From Candidatus Levyibacteriota bacterium (lineage in GTDB: Bacteria; Patescibacteriota; Microgenomatia; Levybacterales; UBA12049), in contig JAYRIM010000014.1 of NCBI GenBank assembly GCA_041906785.1, positions 3,215-67,214 of the forward strand: 64,000 bases of DNA. The letters run 5' to 3'. The position numbers and the translations under genes were made by a program. Positions 9,180 through 18,589 of the stretch are shown in pieces. Positions within the stretch are counted from its first letter, which is position 1. Each line of letters starts with the position of its first letter. The notes under the pieces were generated by a model. That model saw nothing but the letters and a program-made list of their open reading frames with translations. It ran no database searches and had not been told where the DNA came from.

Positions 9180-9728
9180 ATGGTTAAATGGATTACAATT
9201 TTTGGCTGTATATTGCTTATTATTACTCTCATTGGAGGATTAATACTTAGACAGAAAAAGGATGAAAGAATCAAAGAGCAGAAGACCATAACGTCCTTTG
9301 AGGAATGTGAGAAGGCGGAAGGTTCGATGATCCAAGAAAGCTATCCGCCTACGTGCGTTACAGCAGATAAACGCTCTTTTACCCAGGATATCGGAAATGA
9401 ATTAGAATATACTGATCTTATTCAGGTCGACAATCCACGTCCAAACCAACAAATCTCTTCGCCATTAAAAATTACCGGTAGAGCGCGTGGTACATGGTTC
9501 TTCGAAGCGACATTTCCGATCGAACTACTTGATGAGAGTGGAAAATCACTTGGAACTAGTGTTGCGACTGCAAAACGAGAATGGATGACTGAAGAATTTG
9601 TTCCATTTACAGCAGAATTGCAATTTGAGAAACCGTCGACTAAAAAAGGGAAATTAGTTATTAAAAACGCAAATCCTTCCGGTCTTCCTGAAAATGAAAA
9701 AGTTCTCAGTATGCCAGTTGAGTTTTAA
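9180..9728 (+). CDS. membrane-anchored hypothetical protein (Gmad2 Ig-like domain-like)
   Basis: N-terminal TM helix; PLKITGRARGTWFFEATFPIEL resembles Gmad2/GerM-associated Ig-like domain. Confidence 0.35.
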   Translation: MVKWITIFGCILLIITLIGGLILRQKKDERIKEQKTITSFEECEKAEGSMIQESYPPTCVTADKRSFTQDIGNELEYTDLIQVDNPRPNQQISSPLKITGRARGTWFFEATFPIELLDESGKSLGTSVATAKREWMTEEFVPFTAELQFEKPSTKKGKLVIKNANPSGLPENEKVLSMPVEF

Positions 9729-9828
9729 TCTCTCATAGGTTACTTAAGTAAATTAGGTAAGTTGAAATACTTCCTTTTTCGTAACTACTTTACAAAGTAA
9801 AGTTATTGAGATACACTTTTGAAGTTAC

Positions 9829-10779
9829 ATGTTACAAGTTATGAGAGCAGCACAAATACAGAATTACGGTGGGCCTGAAAGTATTACTATTACAGATACT
9901 GTAGAAAAGCCTTCATTAAAGCCAGGACAGATTCTTGTAGAAGTTCATGCATCGGCATTAAATCCATTCGATTCAAAACTTCGTTCTGGAGTATATAAAG
10001 AGATGATACCGCTCCAGTTTCCTTTTATACTTGGTGGAGATTTTTCCGGTGTGATAAATGAAATAGGAGAAGGGGTAACAGAGTATGCTCTGGGAGATGA
10101 AGTATTCGGCACAGCACTAGGTCTAACTGGTGGATCGGGAGCATTTGCAGAGTTTGCGACAGCGAACACAAAAAATATTTCAAAAAAACCAACAAATGTA
10201 TCTCATGTTGAAGCTGCAGCGCTAGTGCTGGTTGGAGTAAGCGCAATCCAAGCTATTGAACAACATATCAACTTGCAACCTAAGCAGCGAATTCTTCTTC
10301 ATGGTGGAGCGGGAGGTATTGGATCCGTTGCTATTCAATTAGCGAAGTCGAAAGGAGCTTATGTTGCTACTACTGTAAGTTTAGACAGTAAATCATTTGT
10401 TCAGCAGTTAGGAGCAGATGAAGTGATTGATTATAAGAATCAGAAATTTGAAGAACTGCTACACGATTATGATGCCGTGTATGATACTGTAGGTGGAGAT
10501 ACAACTGATCGGTCTTTTGCAGTTTTAAAAAGAGGTGGTGTGATTGTGTCAATGCTTGGGAAACCGAATCAGGAGCGGGCGAAAGAACTCGGTATAACTG
10601 CCATTGGCCAAATGACAAACACAAATGCAGAACATCTTTCTCGACTGAAAACATTGATTGAAACAAATGTGATTAAACCCCAGATTGATAAAACATTTCC
10701 ATTTTTTCAAGTGAGAGAATCTTTTACATACTTAGAGACAGGTCATCCTCGAGGGAAGGTTGTCCTCACTGTAAGATAA
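9829..10779 (+). CDS. NADPH:quinone oxidoreductase / Zn-independent MDR alcohol dehydrogenase family
   Basis: HASALNPFDSKLRSG, GGAGGIGSVAIQLAK Rossmann motif, typical MDR length. Confidence 0.75.
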   Translation: MLQVMRAAQIQNYGGPESITITDTVEKPSLKPGQILVEVHASALNPFDSKLRSGVYKEMIPLQFPFILGGDFSGVINEIGEGVTEYALGDEVFGTALGLTGGSGAFAEFATANTKNISKKPTNVSHVEAAALVLVGVSAIQAIEQHINLQPKQRILLHGGAGGIGSVAIQLAKSKGAYVATTVSLDSKSFVQQLGADEVIDYKNQKFEELLHDYDAVYDTVGGDTTDRSFAVLKRGGVIVSMLGKPNQERAKELGITAIGQMTNTNAEHLSRLKTLIETNVIKPQIDKTFPFFQVRESFTYLETGHPRGKVVLTVR

Positions 10780-10819
10780 CAGGTTGTAACCTAATTTCAG
10801 GTGTTTTATACTACTTTTT

Positions 10820-11950
10820 ATGCCCGAAAATGATCTTGATATACAAGCTTCTGATATTTCATCCGTACAGAATAATCCAGCTAAGAAAAAAAGAATAAGC
10901 AGTGGTTGGATTGTTTTTCTGACAGTATGTCTTTTCACGTTAGTGGTTTTTTTGGGTTTTTTCCGATTTTTTCCTCCAACTGTGAGTAATTCTGTTAGTA
11001 GAAAACTTAATTCTGTAGAAACCGTATCTCCAACACCGATGCCTTTTAGAGAACTGACGATTCCATATCTGCGAGAAAGAGAGTATACAAGTTCCTTCGA
11101 AGAAGAAACGTTACTTTCAGAAAATGAGTCGTATACAACGTATCTTACAGAGTATACCTCTGATGGTTTACGAATAAACGCATTACTGACAAAGCCGAGA
11201 GATGAAATACCAGAAGGTGGATGGCCGGCGATTATATTTGTTCATGGGTATATTCCTCCGTCTACCTATGAAACAAATGGCCAGGCGTATTCGTCATATG
11301 TTGATTATCTCGCACGTAATGGATTTGTAGTGCTTAAAATTGATTTACGTGGCCATGGAGAGTCTGAAGGGGAAGCGGGGGGAGGATACTATGGTTCTGA
11401 TTATGTCATAGATACGCTTAATGCATATGCAGCTTTACAAAACACTGCATTTGTAAATCCGAGAAAAATAGGAATGTGGGGGCACAGTATGGCAGGAAAT
11501 ATATTGATGAGGAGTTTTGCTGCGAAACCTACAATCCCAGCAATCGTTATATGGGCTGGAGCTGTATATTCATATACAGATATGCAGAAATATGGTATTC
11601 AGGATACGAGTTACCGGCCGCCAATGCCTACGACGAACACGAGAAGTCAAAACATGAGACGTAAAATGTTTGAAACGTATGGTAGTCCGAGTGCTACAAG
11701 CCCGTTTTGGAAACAAGTTGCGCCTATAAATTATCTAGATGACCTTAAAGGTGCCATTCAGATTCATCATGCTGTTGACGATTCAGTAGTCAATATCGGT
11801 TATAGCAGAGATTTAGTAACATTATTAAACGAAACTCAAGTAGAACATGAGTTCTATGAGTATACAAGTGGAGGGCATAATATTTCAGGAGAAAATTTTA
11901 CCATAGCAATGGACAGAACTGTAGATTTCTATAAAGCCTATCTTCAATAG
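10820..11950 (+). CDS. alpha/beta hydrolase (S9 prolyl-oligopeptidase / dienelactone-hydrolase-like), membrane anchored
   Basis: N-terminal TM, nucleophile elbow GMWGHSMAG (GxSxG), C-terminal ...HHAVDDSVV... and GGH. Confidence 0.65.
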   Translation: MPENDLDIQASDISSVQNNPAKKKRISSGWIVFLTVCLFTLVVFLGFFRFFPPTVSNSVSRKLNSVETVSPTPMPFRELTIPYLREREYTSSFEEETLLSENESYTTYLTEYTSDGLRINALLTKPRDEIPEGGWPAIIFVHGYIPPSTYETNGQAYSSYVDYLARNGFVVLKIDLRGHGESEGEAGGGYYGSDYVIDTLNAYAALQNTAFVNPRKIGMWGHSMAGNILMRSFAAKPTIPAIVIWAGAVYSYTDMQKYGIQDTSYRPPMPTTNTRSQNMRRKMFETYGSPSATSPFWKQVAPINYLDDLKGAIQIHHAVDDSVVNIGYSRDLVTLLNETQVEHEFYEYTSGGHNISGENFTIAMDRTVDFYKAYLQ

Positions 11951-11980
11951 TTTCTACAATGAATGGTGGCGAGTACACAA

Positions 11981-12727
11981 TTAATCTAAATAAGGGAGTT
12001 CTCCAGGAGAGTCTGGATGCTTTCTTAAAAAAAGCAAACCTTTTTTTAGATAATTCTGTAAAGGAGAAACGATTGCTTTATGTTCTATTCCTTTTCTGTT
12101 TAGATTATTCATCCACCCATCGACTGGAACATTAAAATGAGTTTGTAAATAATCAAATGAAGGTGTCTCTAAAAGGATCATGCCACCTTCAGGGTGTAGC
12201 ATTCTCCACATTCTGGCTAGTGTGATTCTATAATACCAGTTATTTACAGGTATGTGGTACATCCCAGCATCGCTTCGAGACATAATAAGATGTGCGTGAT
12301 CAGGATGTAACAAATCATCAATTTTTCTAAAAGAATCTGGTTTATTCATATCAAGTGGTAGCATGTCTATTCCTAAAGATTTATCAGCAATTTTATCTTC
12401 CTCTATGCGAGTATCTTCATAACCTATCGCGATGCCTCGTTTGGTCTGTTGGGGTAATCTTTTTAAGAGAGATCGGACAGCATAAGTTGGGGAAAGGAAA
12501 TCCATCACTACAGGTTTTTGTTGTGCAGCTAAATAATACATTATACTTTCTTGAGGTATCAGTTCTTTAAATTCATTCATATAATCATCAAAGGAACTAT
12601 AAAAAGTGGCCCAGTGTGCATCAAGGACTCCACGCCTTGGTTTTTTGCCTTTAGCTTCATATGCTGCGAGCTGTCTTTGAGCGTCGTGAATGTGATACCG
12701 TAATCGCGAGGTAAGGCTTTGTGACAT
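11981..12727 (-). CDS. hypothetical protein
   Basis: Long ORF with no motif I can assign. Confidence 0.4.
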   Translation of the reverse strand: MSQSLTSRLRYHIHDAQRQLAAYEAKGKKPRRGVLDAHWATFYSSFDDYMNEFKELIPQESIMYYLAAQQKPVVMDFLSPTYAVRSLLKRLPQQTKRGIAIGYEDTRIEEDKIADKSLGIDMLPLDMNKPDSFRKIDDLLHPDHAHLIMSRSDAGMYHIPVNNWYYRITLARMWRMLHPEGGMILLETPSFDYLQTHFNVPVDGWMNNLNRKGIEHKAIVSPLQNYLKKGLLFLRKHPDSPGELPYLD

Positions 12728-12902
12728 AGAAAATTAAGTTCAACAGATATATTATAGGATGTCAATGTAATGCATAAAAAGTAGAGTTTTATACAAATTA
12801 TTTATTAGTAGAAAAAAGTACATATCAGGTATTAAATTGGAAATTACTAACTGCTTTTTTTATAAAATTTTCAGCTGATTTTCAGCTCTCCTGGTATAAT
12901 CT

Positions 12903-13583
12903 GTGCATATGAGAATACTCGTGGTAGAAGATGAACATAAAATCGCTCATGCAATTAAAAAAGGATTAGAACAGGAACGGTATGCAGTAGATGTCGTATA
13001 TGATGGCGTTGATGGTCTCGACTATGCTTCGACTGAAGAGTATGACCTTATTATTCTCGATGTTATGTTGCCTGGAATGGATGGTATAGAATTTACAAAA
13101 CAGCTTCGCGGTATGCAGAAACATACGCCCGTTCTTATGCTTACAGCGAGGGGACAGACTGAAGATAAAATAAAAGGGTTAGATACAGGTGCAGATGATT
13201 ATATAACGAAACCTTTTGCTTTTACAGAGCTTGTGGCCAGAGTACGAGCTTTACAACGACGTCCGAGAAAAACAACAGGAACACAACTTTTTATAAAGGA
13301 TTTAGCATTAGATCCTGTGAAATTTGAAGTTACCCGAAATGGAGAATATATAAAGTTATCACAAAAGGAATTTGCTCTATTGGAGTATTTAATGAGACAT
13401 GCAAATCGTATTATTACAAAAGACCAAATTATCCAACATGTGTGGAATTATGATGCGAACGTTCTACCGAACTCTGTTGAGGTATATATCAAACATTTAC
13501 GAGATAAAATCGATAAACCCTTTTCTAACAAACCGAACTTAATCCATACAGTACGGGGATTTGGATATAAAATAGGTAATTAA
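12903..13583 (+). CDS. OmpR-family response regulator
   Basis: REC domain (ILVVEDE ... DLIILDVMLPGMDG ... LMLTARG) plus winged-helix C-terminus. Confidence 0.85.
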   Translation: MHMRILVVEDEHKIAHAIKKGLEQERYAVDVVYDGVDGLDYASTEEYDLIILDVMLPGMDGIEFTKQLRGMQKHTPVLMLTARGQTEDKIKGLDTGADDYITKPFAFTELVARVRALQRRPRKTTGTQLFIKDLALDPVKFEVTRNGEYIKLSQKEFALLEYLMRHANRIITKDQIIQHVWNYDANVLPNSVEVYIKHLRDKIDKPFSNKPNLIHTVRGFGYKIGN

Positions 13584-13683
13584 AAAATAAAATATAAAAA
13601 TGAAAAAAGATAAGGATTATATTTATAAAAATAATTCCTTATAACATTTTTGACTTTTCACTTTTCTTTTTTATTTTTTTACA

Positions 13684-14694
13684 ATGTTTCATTCTGCACG
13701 ACTTACATTAACTGCCTGGTATTTGGCTATCATCATGGCCATCAGTATACTATTCAGCTTAGTAATTTATGTGAATGTTAATAATGAATACCGCCAGCTA
13801 GAGCATTTAGAAGATATTATTGCAGAGCGAAGAATGCATGGTTTGCCAATTCCTCGCCAGCTTAATCGTTCCTGGATAGATCCACAATTAATTACTGAAG
13901 CACGTTCACGTTTCATTTCTCGTCTCATCTTAGTTAATGTATTTATTTTTGGTGTTTCTGGGGTTGCAGGATATTTTCTCGCTGGCAGAACATTACGTCC
14001 TATTCAAGAAATGGTTGATGAACAGCAGCGTTTTATTGCAGATGCATCTCATGAATTACGTACACCTTTAACATCTTTACGGTCTGAAATAGAGGTGGGG
14101 TTACGGAATAAGAAATTAACCACACATGAATCAAAAGCCTTATTAGAAAGTAATTTAGAGGAAGTAATACAGTTGCAGAGATTATCAGATAGTTTATTGG
14201 AGCTGGCTCAGGCGGAAAAACGTTCTAGTAGGTTACAGTTTGTGAAAATTTCGTTATATGATTGCATAGATGTAGCCATTAAAACATTACATGGGTCATT
14301 AAAAAAGAAACAGATAACTGTTGAGAAAAAAGGGACTAATGTATCTTTCGTCGCAGATTATGCTAGGTTAGTGGAGCTTTTCGTTATTCTTCTGGATAAT
14401 GCTTTGAAATATAGCGCAGAGAAGAGTGTGATTAAAGTGGAAGGGAAATATGTAAAAGACCATGTTGAAATGTATGTCATAGATGAGGGATATGGTATAG
14501 AAGATTCTGAATTACCACATATTTTCGACAGATTTTATCGTTCCAATAAATCGCGTTCAAAGGAACAGATTTCAGGATATGGGTTAGGATTAGCGATCGC
14601 AAAGAAAATAGTCGAAGATCATAATGGACAGATATCAGCTAAAAGTACGATTAATAAGGGAAGTACATTTATTATAAAATTACCTAGAAAGTAA
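13684..14694 (+). CDS. sensor histidine kinase (partner of the 12903 regulator)
   Basis: Two TM helices, H-box ADASHELRTPLTSL, G-boxes; the gene follows the regulator gene. Confidence 0.8.
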   Translation: MFHSARLTLTAWYLAIIMAISILFSLVIYVNVNNEYRQLEHLEDIIAERRMHGLPIPRQLNRSWIDPQLITEARSRFISRLILVNVFIFGVSGVAGYFLAGRTLRPIQEMVDEQQRFIADASHELRTPLTSLRSEIEVGLRNKKLTTHESKALLESNLEEVIQLQRLSDSLLELAQAEKRSSRLQFVKISLYDCIDVAIKTLHGSLKKKQITVEKKGTNVSFVADYARLVELFVILLDNALKYSAEKSVIKVEGKYVKDHVEMYVIDEGYGIEDSELPHIFDRFYRSNKSRSKEQISGYGLGLAIAKKIVEDHNGQISAKSTINKGSTFIIKLPRK

Positions 14695-14745
14695 AAAAAA
14701 GATTCCCTATAGACATTCTGTTTTTTTTGCTATACTGAAGTACAC

Positions 14746-15309
14746 ATGGCCGCATACCATTTCGTCAGCGATACACACCAACGATTAAAGGTGCTTATTA
14801 TTGAGCGTTTACCATGGTTGCTTTTGGGATTAGTAGGTGGGACAGCTGCTTCATTCCTCGTATCTCATTTCGAAGAAATTCTCCAGCAGAATATTCAGCT
14901 CGCATTTTTCGTTCCTATGATCGTCTATATGTCAGATGCAGTAGGGACACAAACAGAAACAATTTTCGTTAGAGATCTTACAGAACACAGAGCGAATTTT
15001 TATAAGTATTTATGGAAGGAATTTTATATTGGTTTATCATTGGGGGTTATTTTGGGTGTACTTATTGGTTTGATTGCATATCTGTGGCTTCGTGATAGTT
15101 TAATTGCCTTAACTGTTGGAGTCGCTATGCTTGTAAATGTCGCTATCGCACCTATGCTTGCGATTATAATCCCAGAAGCATTATTTAAAGAGCACCGGGA
15201 TCCTGCATTAGGTGCGGGTCCGTTTACGACAGTCGTTCAAGACTTTGTCAGTTTACTCGTGTATTTTGTGGTGGCGACAGTTATTATCTGGCATAGAGTT
15301 ATTTTTTAA
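14746..15309 (+). CDS. MgtE-type divalent cation transporter membrane domain protein
   Basis: MIVYMSDAVGTQTETIF motif and 5 TM helices characteristic of the MgtE C-terminal domain; no CBS/N domain. Confidence 0.5.
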   Translation: MAAYHFVSDTHQRLKVLIIERLPWLLLGLVGGTAASFLVSHFEEILQQNIQLAFFVPMIVYMSDAVGTQTETIFVRDLTEHRANFYKYLWKEFYIGLSLGVILGVLIGLIAYLWLRDSLIALTVGVAMLVNVAIAPMLAIIIPEALFKEHRDPALGAGPFTTVVQDFVSLLVYFVVATVIIWHRVIF

Positions 15310-15631
15310 TCGGTTTCTTCTTTGGTTTCCATTGGGAGATTGTTAGATCAACCCGATCTTGAATAAATGTTACTCCTTCTTCTATTAGTATTTTCTTTTT
15401 TTTGCGAACTCCTCCAAATGCATAGCCTGCGAGTTTTCCGTTTGCAGCGACGACTCGATGACAGGGAATGATTTCATTATCGGGATTTTCTTTCATACAG
15501 AGACCGACAGCTCGTGCGGCTCCTGGATGACCTATGAGATTTGCTATTTGGCTATAGGTAGCTACTTTTCCCGCAGGGATGTTTTTAGCAAGAGCATAGA
15601 CTTTATAGCGAAAAGTATATTGGATTGTCAT
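15299..15631 (-). CDS. ogt: methylated-DNA-protein-cysteine methyltransferase (MGMT/Ogt DNA-binding domain protein)
   Basis: Active-site IPCHRVV motif, HTH ...YSQIANLIGHPGAARAVG... Confidence 0.7.
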   Translation of the reverse strand: MTIQYTFRYKVYALAKNIPAGKVATYSQIANLIGHPGAARAVGLCMKENPDNEIIPCHRVVAANGKLAGYAFGGVRKKKKILIEEGVTFIQDRVDLTISQWKPKKKPIKK

Positions 15632-15864
15632 GCTTTAGTTTAATTCGGGTTCTGTCATTCGTTTGGTATACAGTGCTCGTTCTAGTCTCGCATTTTTTAA
15701 AAATTTAAGGAGGCAGCGAACGAACTGCGCGCTGTATACCTTCACTTCATGCCACCGGAATTTTTATATTTACCTTGAGTATAAAAAAAGAAACAGACTT
15801 TGTCTAATCTATAGTAGGAGATACATATTTTAAGCATTTTTTCAGATAGCTTTTATAGAGTATA

Positions 15865-15956
15865 CATTGGAGAAAGCGAAGACCGCTTTCGCTAAAGCTA
15901 TAGCGACCGAAGAGTGCCTTCGTTAAAACTATGGCACTCGAAGGAGGTGAATAAAT
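15865..15956 (+). promoter_or_regulatory. conserved 5'-leader hairpin/anti-RBS element, copy 1 (two tandem CGAAGA..GC.TTCG hairpins)
   Basis: GACCGAAGAGTGCCTTCGTTAAAACTATGGCACTCGAAGGAGGTGA immediately precedes ATG 15957; homologous to 24827-24882 with compensatory changes. Confidence 0.5.
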
Positions 15957-16433
15957 ATGAAGAAGCAATTGTTAGTTCCCATATTAGCAGTGACTACAGC
16001 AGGTACCGTTCTGTTTGGCGTTCATACTCTCTATGCGCAAACTCCTGAGACATCGTCGCTCGTCTCGAGAATAGCACAAAAATTTGGTTTAAAGGAAAGT
16101 GATGTTCAGTCAGTTTTCGATGAGTATCGAGATGAGCGTCATAAAGAAATGGAAGCGCGCTTTGAAGATAAACTGACTCAAGATGTAACAGATGGAAAGA
16201 TCACAGAATCGCAAAAACAGGCTATTTTATCGAAAATGAAAGAGCTGCAAGAGAAGAAACAATCGAACATCGATGCATGGAAAGATATGACTCCTGAGCA
16301 GCGAAGAGATGCGATGAAGAAAGAACGTGATGAACTAAAGAAGTGGGCAGATGATCAAGGAATTGATCTAAGCCTCATACATTTCGGGATGAAAGTTCAC
16401 GGAATGAGAATGATGGGTAAAATGATGAATTAA
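15957..16433 (+). CDS. secreted hypothetical protein (signal peptide, charged helical body)
   Basis: N-terminal signal-peptide-like MKKQLLVPILAVTTAGTVLFGVHTLYAQT; strong RBS; terminator downstream. Confidence 0.5.
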   Translation: MKKQLLVPILAVTTAGTVLFGVHTLYAQTPETSSLVSRIAQKFGLKESDVQSVFDEYRDERHKEMEARFEDKLTQDVTDGKITESQKQAILSKMKELQEKKQSNIDAWKDMTPEQRRDAMKKERDELKKWADDQGIDLSLIHFGMKVHGMRMMGKMMN

Positions 16434-16448
16434 GTTTGTCTGGTTTTA

Positions 16449-16481
16449 GAAAACACCCTCGATTCGTTCGGGGTGTTTTCG
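16449..16481 (+). terminator. Rho-independent terminator
   Basis: AAAACACCC-tcgattcgttc-GGGGTGTTTT. Confidence 0.65.
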
Positions 16482-16519
16482 TAGAAAAACATGCAATATA
16501 ATTTGGTACTATAATATTT

Positions 16520-16804
16520 ATGCAATTCTACGTATATATAGTGGAGTGCAATGATGGTACTTACTATATAGGAAAAACTTCAGATCTTCGAAAAAGGTTG
16601 TTAAAACATAATAAAAAACTACCTGGGGGAGCTAAATATACTCGAACAAGAAATCCTGTAATACTTGTATATTACGAACAATATATATTACATAAATTTG
16701 CAATGCAGCGGGAGTTCAGATTAAAACAATTCTCAAGAAAGAAGAAAGAGGAACTCGTCAATGGTTTTACTGCTTGTTTTTTAGATTTTAATTCTTATTC
16801 GTGA
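16520..16804 (+). CDS. GIY-YIG nuclease family protein (UPF0213/YhbQ-like)
   Basis: FYVYIVECNDGTYYIGKTSDLRKRLLKHN = GIY...YIG...R motif. Confidence 0.7.
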   Translation: MQFYVYIVECNDGTYYIGKTSDLRKRLLKHNKKLPGGAKYTRTRNPVILVYYEQYILHKFAMQREFRLKQFSRKKKEELVNGFTACFLDFNSYS

Positions 16805-17184
16805 AGTACTTCTGGTAGGGGTTGGTCTTTTGGGATAAATTTGATTGATAGAGAATTTACACAGTGACGTGTGTTCTTATCTGTTAAATATTCACCCCCG
16901 AACACATGGCCGAGGTGGCCTCCACAATTCGCGCATTGGATCTCAGTTCTTCGTCCGTCTAGATCAGCTAAACGTTTTACTGCATCGGGAAAATTTTCAT
17001 CGAACGCTGGCCAGCCGCAATGAGCTTCGAACTTGGCCTTCGATGAAAAAAGAGGATTATTACATTGTCTACAGATAAATGTACCGTCGACAAAGAAGTT
17101 ATCATATTCACCAGAGAAAGGAGGCTCTGTGCCTTTGCCTTTTACTACCATCATTTCTTCCTGGTTCAGTTTGTTATATGGCAT
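16795..17184 (-). CDS. msrB: peptide-methionine (R)-S-oxide reductase MsrB (cytoplasmic copy)
   Basis: CxxC...CxxC zinc site, CGWPAF, RTEIQCANCGGHLGHVF. Confidence 0.85.
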   Translation of the reverse strand: MPYNKLNQEEMMVVKGKGTEPPFSGEYDNFFVDGTFICRQCNNPLFSSKAKFEAHCGWPAFDENFPDAVKRLADLDGRRTEIQCANCGGHLGHVFGGEYLTDKNTRHCVNSLSIKFIPKDQPLPEVLHE

Positions 17185-17189
17185 AAAGA

Positions 17190-17549
17190 TTAAGCGACAG
17201 TGGAAATACTAAGTTGTTTTTCTATTCGGCCCAGGCGTTTCCGTTGATCCATTTGTTCTCGGTCGAGCAAATCAAGCATACTATCTTGGTCCTTTTTTAG
17301 TGATTTCAACATTTTACTGTGACCTTCAAGCGTTCTGGTATGACCTTCAAGTATTCTGGTGTGACTTTCCAATATTCTCGTATGACTTTCAAGTGTTCTT
17401 GTATGGCTTTCAAGTAACTTAGTATGGTTTCCAAGGATTTTAGTATGACTTTCAAGAATTTTTCCATGATTTTCTAGCTGTTTATGAATAGGCGCTAATT
17501 TTTCGTCAAGTAATTCTGAAATTTGTTGGAGATCATTGGTGTTTCTCAT
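17190..17549 (-). CDS. coiled-coil protein with ~7-8 tandem heptad repeats (LESHTRI)
   Basis: Protein contains ILESHTKILGNHTKLLESHTRTLESHTRILESHTRILEGHTRTLEGHSKML; the DNA has a 21-nt tandem repeat. Confidence 0.5.
   Translation of the reverse strand: MRNTNDLQQISELLDEKLAPIHKQLENHGKILESHTKILGNHTKLLESHTRTLESHTRILESHTRILEGHTRTLEGHSKMLKSLKKDQDSMLDLLDREQMDQRKRLGRIEKQLSISTVA
17305..17470. repeat. intragenic 21-nt tandem repeat (~7-8 units) encoding LESHTRI heptads
   Basis: ttcaagtattctggtgtgactttccaatattctcgtatgactttcaagtgttcttgtatggctttcaag... Confidence 0.75.
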
Positions 17550-17867
17550 TGTTTACTAGTTGTAGCATAGATTCTTATATTTTGTCTATAAGGATGTTAA
17601 GCTTTTGAGCTTTATTCTTATTGATTCTATGTCCCATAGTTTGACAAGCGCTTAAGAGTTTGATATTCTTCACATGACATTTGAAGAGATATAAGGCGTT
17701 TGCGCTGAAATATCTTTTCTTATGTTATTTTTTTCTCTTGCACATTGATAGTTCGTTACTGTAATACCGCCAGTTAGGAAAACAATAAGCTTTTTGATAA
17801 CTTGTTTCTCTTACGGGCGGTATTATTAACATGGGCTCAAGGAGCCCTCTCACGAAAGGAGTTCGCG

Positions 17868-18494
17868 ATGTTGTCTTCAGCTTTCTCGCTCGTAAGTCAT
17901 CTCAAGGAGAAGGCTCGGCGGGTCCGTAAGACGTCCTGGCACTTCAAGGTCGTCGAGAGCCTTTGGGGCCACCGAGTGTGGCATACAAAGGCATGCAAGT
18001 ACTGGTGGATAATGGTGCCGACGTCACTCTTCGTCCTGGGACTGGTGTACCTGATCGGCGGCATCATGTACACGGTAGGCTTTCTCCTCGGCTACGCGCC
18101 GAGGCCGGAAAGCAAGAAGTACAGCTCGAGCGACGATCGGATGTTCATGCCGCACGGCGAGTTGCCTAGTGGCCGGAAATGGCCGTGGTATATCCAGCCG
18201 TGGTTTATGCTGGCTGTCTTCGCGGTTTTCTGGTTTGCCGTGAGTTTCCCGGAAACCTTCTGGTGGACAGTTGGCTGGATCGTGAAGATTGTGGTCGTGG
18301 TCGTCCTGGTCGGCTTCGTCGTCTACTTGCTCGGGAAGGGCTGGAACCTTCCTGGCTTCCGCGCCGGCCGACGGACGGTCCGCCGGCAGATCTCGGGAGT
18401 CTGGGACAAGGTCTGTCCCAGTCTAGTCGTCGTTCAGAACGGCGACGATCGAGTAAACGATACTCACGCCGAAGAGTACGACTACGACGACTAG
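17868..18494 (+). CDS. hypothetical membrane protein encoded on a GC-rich segment
   Basis: ATG 17868 preceded by an aaaggag RBS (the six-frame ORF starts at TTG 17802); 3-4 TM helices; GC visibly far above flanks; own terminator. Confidence 0.45.
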   Translation: MLSSAFSLVSHLKEKARRVRKTSWHFKVVESLWGHRVWHTKACKYWWIMVPTSLFVLGLVYLIGGIMYTVGFLLGYAPRPESKKYSSSDDRMFMPHGELPSGRKWPWYIQPWFMLAVFAVFWFAVSFPETFWWTVGWIVKIVVVVVLVGFVVYLLGKGWNLPGFRAGRRTVRRQISGVWDKVCPSLVVVQNGDDRVNDTHAEEYDYDD

Positions 18495-18542
18495 CGTCTG
18501 GCTCACAAGTAACGAACAACATCATATGTCCGCAAGAGAACG

Positions 18543-18580
18543 CCCCGGCAGTACCCACTGACCGGGGCTTTCTCGTTTTA
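18543..18580 (+). terminator. GC-rich hairpin + T-tract terminating the GC-rich segment-1 gene
   Basis: CCCCGG-cagtacccactga-CCGGGG-ctttctcgtttt. Confidence 0.5.
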
Positions 18581-18589
18581 TGTGTAGTT

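Noticed and set aside
9826-9850. GTTACATGTTACAAGTTATGAG at the start of the quinone oxidoreductase gene, which resembles the end of the 38635 heptamer array
   Set aside because: It is only one and a half units, inside a coding start, so it is probably coincidental in AT-rich DNA.
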